From a virus: 64,000 nt of DNA. Positions 59,901 to 64,000 of this stretch are shown piece by piece; positions within the stretch are counted from its first letter, which is position 1; the number at the start of each line of letters is the position of its first letter. A program made the position numbers and the translations under genes. The stretch is taken from positions 32,001 through 96,000 of IMG/VR virus record IMGVR_UViG_3300020183_000013; one strand, given 5' to 3'. The notes under the pieces are model-generated. The model was not told the DNA's origin. It worked only from the letters and a program-made list of their open reading frames with translations, and did no database searches.

Positions 59901-62900
59901 TCACCATCTTCAAATGTAACAAATGCTATTGGAATTGCATCAACATCTTTTGCTGGAATTGGAACCACTTCCCTTCTTCCATCTACAGTTTATGCTATTA
60001 AAGTTGATGAGGCAAAGATTAAACTTGCTCGATCCGCACAAGATGCTTTATCTGAAGTAGCAATACCACTTAATTTCACAAGTGTTGGAATAGGAAGTAA
60101 GCATACACTCACTTCATCCAATCAAAACTCTAGGGTATTAATTAGTATTGATAATTTCATTCAATCACCTATAGTATCAACAGCAGTTACTACAAGTTTG
60201 GCATCAACTATTACAAGTTTTGATGCTAGATTGAATTTTGTTGGAATTACTTCATTCTATGGTGGTGATTTAATCAAGATTGGTAATGAAATAATGAAAA
60301 TCAACACCGTTGGTTTTGGTTCTACAACAGTTGTGTTGGTTGATAGACCTTGGATGGGAACTGTATCCGCAGCACACTCATCTGGATCTTTGATCACAAA
60401 AGTTAATGGTAATTACAATATTGTTAATAATAAGATTTATTTTGTAGACGCACCTGAAGGAAACACTCCAATAGGTTCTACAACAAATTCACCAAACGAG
60501 AGAGATTGGACTGGAATAACGACAAGTTCTAAATTCCATGGAAGATCCTTCATAAGGTCTGGAACTATAAATTCGACGGTTGATACTTATTCAACTAACT
60601 ACATTTTTGATGATATTTCTCATCAATTTATCGGAACAGTAGATGATTTTGATCTGAAGGTAAACTCACAAAATGTTACTGGAATTGCTACAGGTAACGC
60701 TATTGTTCTGATAAATGGAGTATTCCAAGAACCACAAGGTGATCAAATAGCAACCAAAGACTATATTATTCAGGAAACTGCAGGAATTACTAGTATTACA
60801 TTTACAGGTTCTCCCGCATCCGTCCTTTCGGATCCAAACAGTGCTAGTGTACCTATCGGAGGTGTTATCATCGCTGTAGGGTCTACAGGAGGTCTTGGAT
60901 ATCAACCTCTAGTATCTGCAGGAGCTACTGCAATAATATCTGGATTGGGTACTATCAGTTCCTTCGGAATTGGTACTATTGGTTCTGGATACAGAGGTTC
61001 ATCATCATACGAAATTGAAACTGTAGTAAACCATCCGATCGGAATTGGAAGCACTGTACTTTACATTGCAAACCAAAATGGAGTTTTTGGAAAACTTAAT
61101 TTCTCAACATCAAATTCAATTAGTGTCGGAGACATTAAGGCTGCAAACATTGTAAGTATTGGAGACACCTTTGTAAGAATTAATGTAGCATCTTCTTCTA
61201 CTGTAGGAGTTGGAACTTCCAATACCGCAGTTGTACGATTAAATTCCCCAACATCTGGTATTGTAAACATTGGCGTTCAAACTTCATATGGCAATAGAAA
61301 TTATGAGACGTTTATTGGATTTACCACGGTAACAAATGGGCACATTTCAACTAATATTGTAATTACAAATCCAGGAACAGGATTCACATCATCTCAACCT
61401 CCTATTGTTCTTATTGATTCACCATTACCTTATTCAAATATTCCACTAGTTTATAGTTCATCTTCACCTGGAAATGGAATTGGATCTGAAGCTAAGGTTG
61501 ATATTATTGTAGGTCAGGGTTCTAGTGTAATTAATTTTGAAATTACAAATACTGGTTATGCATATGGAAATACAGAACTTCTTACTGTTCCCGTTGGTGG
61601 ATTAACAGGAATTCCTACAAATCCAAACATTCCTTTCTCAGAATTTAGATTGAACATAGAAAGAGTTTTCTATGATGAGTTTGCTGGTTGGAACGTTGGT
61701 CAACTTCAAGTATTAGATAGTTTTGAAAGATTCTTTGATGGAACCAGAAAAGTGTTCCAGTTGAGATTAAATAACAGTCCAGTTACCATAAGAGCTAAAA
61801 AAGGATCTAATATTAGCGTAAGAGACACATTACTCATCTTTATTAATGATATTTTACAGGTTCCTGGTGAATCTTATCAATTCAATGGAGGTAGTTTTAT
61901 TACCTTTACTGAGGCTCCAAAAGGACCTGTTGAAAATATTCCAAATTCTGGTGACAAGTGTAAGGTAGTTTTCTATAGAGGAACATCGCAGGTTGACGTT
62001 GTTGACGTTGATATAGTTGAAACTATAAAAGAAGGTGATGATTTAACTATTGTTAAAAATAAAAATACCTGTGCAAATTCCACAACTCAGGAGGAAAGAG
62101 TAGTAACTCTTGTTGAATCTACAGATTCTGTTTACACTACTCCATATAATGGTGTTGGAATATCAAATGATCCAAACTGCTTAAGACCAGTTACTTGGTG
62201 TAAGCAAACTAGTGATTTAATTATTAATGGAAAGATAGTAAGTAAAGCAAGATCTTTATACGAACCTCTTGTAAATCCAACCACAAATATCATTCAATCA
62301 GTTGGTTCAGCATCAACTCAAATATTTGTAGAGAGTGTAAAAACTTTCTTTGATCCAAATAATGAAGTTCCAGGAAACGTTAAACAAAAGACTATAGAAC
62401 TTATATCACAAGAAGATTTGGTTGGAGCTGCTGCAACTGCTTCAGTTTCTATTGCTGGAACTATAACTAACATTTATATTTCGAATGGTGGTGTAGGATA
62501 TAGCACATCTCCAGATGTTGTTATTTCTTCACCAATAGGAATTGGAACTACAGCAATCGTAACCTCAGTTATAAGTGGAGGATCAGTAACCTCAATTTCT
62601 ATTGTTAATGCTGGAACGGGTTATTCTTCAATTGATCCCCCATCAATTTTAATTGCTCCACCAACCATAAAACTAGAAAAGAATGTTGTTTCAAGTTATG
62701 AAGGTGATTTTGGTGTTATAGTTGGTGTAACAACAACATCTGTAGGAGTTGCTTCAACTGGATTAGTTTTTGATCTGTTCATACCTTTAAATTCTTATAT
62801 TAGAAATTCCACAGTGACTGGATCAGGATCTACAAATATCAGTGGAATACAGACTGGATTCTACTTTACAGTTCATAACTCCAATGTAGGAAGTGGATTC

Positions 62901-63239
62901 ACCTCTCTATATCAAAATGGTTCCGTTCTTGGAATTGGAACTCAATGCTTAGATAATGTTTATGAGGTTGCCGCATCATCAATTGAGCAGAGAAACATCC
63001 AGGGAATAGGTTTAACAAATGTTAGAAGGGTCACTGTTAGTGTCTCATCTTTTGATTCCTTTGTCGGTTCATCTCTAACAAGTTTTTATGGAGAATATTC
63101 CTGGGGTAGAATCAACCTTGGTTCAAGATCTGATACCTTGGAATTTAATGCATATACCACAAATGGTTCTACTGGAATAAGTACATCTGCAATTGTTAGA
63201 AGAGTATTCCCGCTCAAGTCTTCTGATTATAACTCATAA
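50940..63239 (+). CDS. gp7: Baseplate wedge initiator gp7, giant 4099-aa cyanophage form with repeats and YHYH-like domain
   Basis: Position between gp6 and gp8; QLP.FVRE, FY.SKGT..SF..LFR.LYG, YYQDFSYSLKS...H.SG; HSPIIGWAYDGNPIYGPYG...DLDEHNGRF. Confidence 0.85.
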   Translation: MTENRVKVSSVVKNQLPSFVREDFPLVAEFLTQYYKSQEYQGAPKDLLENIDRYLKIDNLTNLVEETTLTQDISFFETDIRIDPTTIKGFPETNGLVKIDDEIILYSALSKSNPTFEYPDTLSGCSRGFSGVTSYEDSQKTDKLIFSQSEAQEHTLGTKVINLNVLFLKEFLKKVKKQFIPGFEDRLSSEINQNVFIKQSNDFYTSKGTDQSFELLFRALYGEDVQVIKPRDFLIKPSSAGYRVSLDLVTELVEGDPYQLLNQTLYQNEYSQYNIPKAYGSISKVEKVSFSEESYYKISLDYDYAKDINLRGSVFGTFSVHPKTTLTLETSIGSTFIDVDSTVGFPVSGTLIIRNSQGVEETVTYADKTNTQFLGVQGLSIAFEAGSPVTLDVYCFGYSKEDSSEVKLRVRSVLSDLKIEGDTYYFSPNEKIRIKSLGIISDDSKKNEWILNIPNRYESVRITSFIRRDEGRNEYIYNLRTPNENSINVGDRVTLTSNTIRGVTGTVIGIVDSNTFTTSFGQSLNQTIDYTLRKTISKAFSLKYPNISNYTTNVQNTYLNFKDEILVSSSSIPSYYSGIDPVSINAFNKSFVLQDGIYSEDTTLNLSTSNPNLSDHELYTGDSVYYSGPENQTFLGLNSGIYFVKRVDNTSIKLARSRSNLYEGEFVTFTGSISGNKLDYIDFYNKSLYPQNILREIKDPVDFGGGHETKPGSVGILVNGVEILNYKSQDSIFYGKLESIDVTSPGSNYDVINPPVLEISDPTGVGATGTCSVIGSLKRIDLKDPGFDYISKPVITITGGNGTGALAEVTLKDVEHNVFFNALSGINTNNNTIGFTTYHKFRNSERVIYNNYGQTAVSGLVTNSDYYVSVVDFNTIKLHSNQDDAIVGLNTISLSPGAGVQELKSYSSKKIIAGIEVINSGSGYCTKKRSIVGVNTAIDQININRHGYSSGEKVTYYSEGTSIEGLVPSTTYFVDVVDFNNFKLCEVGVGNTSEYFYYDSKKYVNLRSSGLGTQFFKYPEITVTVSGNIGITTLFNQDLSIFEAKIQPVFRGELESIDVVESGSSYGSSEIINFVKQPNFILKSGKNAELQPVVSNGSIVDVLVLSGGSEYNSPPDLVIRGDGYGAKLTPIISNGEIISVKIIRGGNNYTPGTSISVIPAGQGCNLNANIQKWTINVVEKNIHNIGADDGFLEVSSNKKEQLQYYHLYAPRKLRESVYSRSIDNLKVDTDIIKNNAGVEISSKNHSPIIGWAYDGNPIYGPYGYTEKSGGTVKLLTSGYVATLKANRPPEYVDGKLSYPLGFFIEDHDYIGNSDLDEHNGRFCVTPDYPNGTYAYFASIESLPSVGGVFNNYRKPKFPYLIGDSFKSKPNKFNFSAFSNQNSIDLNETDWFRNTSFLRTSYYDYIFNPNNFKNHNSTIISTSVGTIESVGILTGGVNYKVNNSVIFDNLNSGGVNANATVERVSGKTVSNISVGTTFITDVQLLPSRGGEIIAFTEYPHNLNNDNLTRISGINTSTSDIYGSYNIGVSSSFYILTQELANSATTGITTYIFVDGNISFPYLREDDILTIESEKVKVLNIDLAQSRIRVNREYNGTTGAAHTATTVIYNDSRTFTFTHNIKGQNNFEIDRKLYFNPIETVGLGTIAGVGIGTTLSFSNPGVGVTQKFIPTRTLYLPNHQLKTGDLLIYSSGNGSPISISTNGISTSSLTNLQTVYAAKFSDDLIGISTVKVYLNSSGNFVGVASTSNSILYFTGIGTGVYHSFTTVKNNVLKCLVSKNTVTVSTASTHNLNLKDNVKIDVNPSIGSTIIVKYDDYNRRILINPKSFLSSDIDLTENSIYLQNHDFKNGDKVVYTANSPSGGLENNRIYYVFSFTKDKIKLCEDRHKVFSENPIFVDITSATDGTLSPINPPIKLYKNSSVKFDLSDSSLSVVRNLQRYPAFEFNIFKDSEFNFLFDSSVQSNNFEVIRSTGRVGIDESASVTIRIKNTTPTTLYYDLTPLDNSITRNSDKFEKIIDKEVVNNNQITLLNSGYSGSYSVSGITSTTFSYDIQNVPEKSSYTTSEAFITYDTSSLTESGSITKIKVNNRGINYKVLPGISTVSTQNGSGAILEPQSRSIGKIISTKIDDIGFNYPTDFTLKPIVNVPEILKMEQLTSFEKIDVLTYGKNYLVPPRIIVLDGFRKNVVNDVILRFDFRSKELKIEKNTFGISNVDPIFIPVNNSNGVGIGSISFNPSTKNVTVKMGVGFSTDNTFPFEVGDRVLIENIGITTLGKGYNSSQYNYQLFTLTEVDQNIGGIGSVTYNLSDFLSDGEYPGIFDSEITSGRIIPEKDFPTFKAILKKNNFIIGEEVETTNGYNGVIESWNSNIELLKVSSDSDFKIGETVTGKTSNTQGIIRSKIDFDAYVNLDSSSLVSSGWEYETGILNNSTQRVHDNEYYQDFSYSLKSKVSYDVWDSAVDSLNHTSGFLKFSDLIVESSPSVSGSPIIAQNATETLVDIVEEVDTNCTFNFDLVTETSFSIASETLSNQILFNNKTLMDYSESIGNRVLLIDDISPQFNSTPRPTNFSVVGYSSVDSHYRKYFVHIRDKVFSKERQLMLISVLHDGSNIFSNQYAKVNTYRDLGSFDFKISGLDLQFLYYPIDFEVNDYNVSHVSYGLEDAFSGIGTVSLGDSVNIVTDSIEIQSGITTTVVGIASTYRSSKILVLVNDVDNNVYQSNELSVLFDGTDVNLLEYGQLSNDNLTSFGSPGIGTYVVYYDALSSLINVDFVPRVGLGASLIANTICVSISNTSSVGVGTTVLQTGDLNSTVTSIASTTAPVQVQISQFQSPHESSYCIVSIEDLTNNQYRMSEVVSITDDDNAYFVEYGIIETGSGIGTIGIGTTTSNKVNLYFTPNANTETQVRVFQNSLSLQDDEIELALIDLNNGEIESGYGEYTGIEKSVRKDFNLTHKGNQIFERTFVGSSSTTVDVATNTILIPNHFFVTGEKLTYTSPSSNVTNAIGIASTSFAGIGTTSLLPSTVYAIKVDEAKIKLARSAQDALSEVAIPLNFTSVGIGSKHTLTSSNQNSRVLISIDNFIQSPIVSTAVTTSLASTITSFDARLNFVGITSFYGGDLIKIGNEIMKINTVGFGSTTVVLVDRPWMGTVSAAHSSGSLITKVNGNYNIVNNKIYFVDAPEGNTPIGSTTNSPNERDWTGITTSSKFHGRSFIRSGTINSTVDTYSTNYIFDDISHQFIGTVDDFDLKVNSQNVTGIATGNAIVLINGVFQEPQGDQIATKDYIIQETAGITSITFTGSPASVLSDPNSASVPIGGVIIAVGSTGGLGYQPLVSAGATAIISGLGTISSFGIGTIGSGYRGSSSYEIETVVNHPIGIGSTVLYIANQNGVFGKLNFSTSNSISVGDIKAANIVSIGDTFVRINVASSSTVGVGTSNTAVVRLNSPTSGIVNIGVQTSYGNRNYETFIGFTTVTNGHISTNIVITNPGTGFTSSQPPIVLIDSPLPYSNIPLVYSSSSPGNGIGSEAKVDIIVGQGSSVINFEITNTGYAYGNTELLTVPVGGLTGIPTNPNIPFSEFRLNIERVFYDEFAGWNVGQLQVLDSFERFFDGTRKVFQLRLNNSPVTIRAKKGSNISVRDTLLIFINDILQVPGESYQFNGGSFITFTEAPKGPVENIPNSGDKCKVVFYRGTSQVDVVDVDIVETIKEGDDLTIVKNKNTCANSTTQEERVVTLVESTDSVYTTPYNGVGISNDPNCLRPVTWCKQTSDLIINGKIVSKARSLYEPLVNPTTNIIQSVGSASTQIFVESVKTFFDPNNEVPGNVKQKTIELISQEDLVGAAATASVSIAGTITNIYISNGGVGYSTSPDVVISSPIGIGTTAIVTSVISGGSVTSISIVNAGTGYSSIDPPSILIAPPTIKLEKNVVSSYEGDFGVIVGVTTTSVGVASTGLVFDLFIPLNSYIRNSTVTGSGSTNISGIQTGFYFTVHNSNVGSGFTSLYQNGSVLGIGTQCLDNVYEVAASSIEQRNIQGIGLTNVRRVTVSVSSFDSFVGSSLTSFYGEYSWGRINLGSRSDTLEFNAYTTNGSTGISTSAIVRRVFPLKSSDYNS

Positions 63240-63258
63240 ATAAAGAAAAAAACAAAAA

Positions 63259-64000
63259 ATGTCCGCTATAATCACTGACCAAATTCGTATATTAAATGCT
63301 AAAAATTTTGTAACTGGAGTTGGATCAGTTTCTAACTCCTACTATACTTTTATTGGACTTCCAAATCCAACTGATATTGATACAGAATGGAATGTGACGC
63401 CTCCATCTCCAATTGATAATGTTAATCAATTGAACGAATATTGGGACACTATGATTGGATTGAAAAGAGTAACTGGAGGAGATGTTACTCAAGTAGTTAG
63501 AAAAAATGTTTGGACTTCTGGACAAACATATAGTATGTACAGACACGATATCAGTGCGTTGGATCCAAACCCAACTGATAATGAAACAAATCTGTATAAT
63601 AGTAACTATTATGTTCTGAATAGTGATTATAGAGTTTATGTTTGCATTCATAATGGAGCATCCCCAGAAAACAATTTTGAGGGAAATCCATCTCTAGATG
63701 AACCAATTTTTACTGATCTAGAACCAAGATCTGCTGGTTCTAGTGGTGATGGTTATTTGTGGAAATACTTGTACACTATTAAACCTAGTGATCTGATTAA
63801 ATTTGAATCCACAAATTATGTGCCTGTTCCCAAAGATTGGGAAACAAATAATTTATATGCAACAGTAAGAGATAATGCATCAACTAGTGGACAACTCAAG
63901 GCAGTTATCATTCAGAATAGAGGAGTTGGTTTAGGAACAGCAAACGTATATACAAACGTTCCAATCAATGGTGATGGAAATGGTGCCACCGCTACAGTTG
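63259..64000 (+). CDS. gp8: Baseplate wedge subunit gp8 (3' end outside window)
   Basis: MSAIITDQIRILNAKNF...KRV...VVRK..W.SG..Y.MYRHD...YRVYVC..N...DGYLWKYLYTI; late promoter at 63236. Confidence 0.88.
   Translation, partial: MSAIITDQIRILNAKNFVTGVGSVSNSYYTFIGLPNPTDIDTEWNVTPPSPIDNVNQLNEYWDTMIGLKRVTGGDVTQVVRKNVWTSGQTYSMYRHDISALDPNPTDNETNLYNSNYYVLNSDYRVYVCIHNGASPENNFEGNPSLDEPIFTDLEPRSAGSSGDGYLWKYLYTIKPSDLIKFESTNYVPVPKDWETNNLYATVRDNASTSGQLKAVIIQNRGVGLGTANVYTNVPINGDGNGATATV

Noticed and set aside
1-64000. tRNA, rRNA, introns, IS elements
   Set aside because: No cloverleaf/T-loop signature, interrupted gene or transposase was recognised by eye; tRNAscan-SE/Infernal would be needed to exclude them firmly

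Overview
This 64 kb window looks like part of a large T4-like cyanophage (cyanomyovirus) genome, and essentially all real genes lie on the + strand. 1-18.9 kb is a late-expressed module of tail fibres, adhesins and virion decoration proteins with NATAAATA late promoters. It includes paired fibre+chaperone cassettes, C1q-tipped fibres, a long fibre with an S74 intramolecular chaperone, and Gly-rich gp38-like adhesins. 18.9-46.2 kb is a hyperplastic early/accessory region of many small ORFs, including an SF2 helicase, 2OG-Fe(II) oxygenase, peptide deformylase, N6-adenine methyltransferase, and ArdA-like, ligase-like and PD-(D/E)xK proteins. 46.4-64 kb holds conserved cyanophage genes followed by baseplate wedge genes gp25, gp6, gp7 (4099 aa) and partial gp8. 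Four features stand out. (1) About 20 copies of a 24-bp palindrome (consensus TGTGMCA-N10-TGNCACA) each sit 28-31 nt upstream of a sigma70 -10 box, often with a GC hairpin at or replacing the -35, and usually overlap the 3' end of the upstream gene; they divide the early region into promoter-carrying cassettes, and one copy is bidirectional and appears to drive an antisense structured sRNA. (2) A ~600 bp non-coding region at 40.0-40.6 kb has 14 iteron-like 11-mers between divergent promoters, a second phased repeat, and a near-perfect Fur box, making it a candidate replication origin. (3) A GC-rich island ends in a long hairpin at 46.1 kb. (4) Two alternative adhesin modules follow a single long fibre. 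All calls are by eye; no database searches were run.
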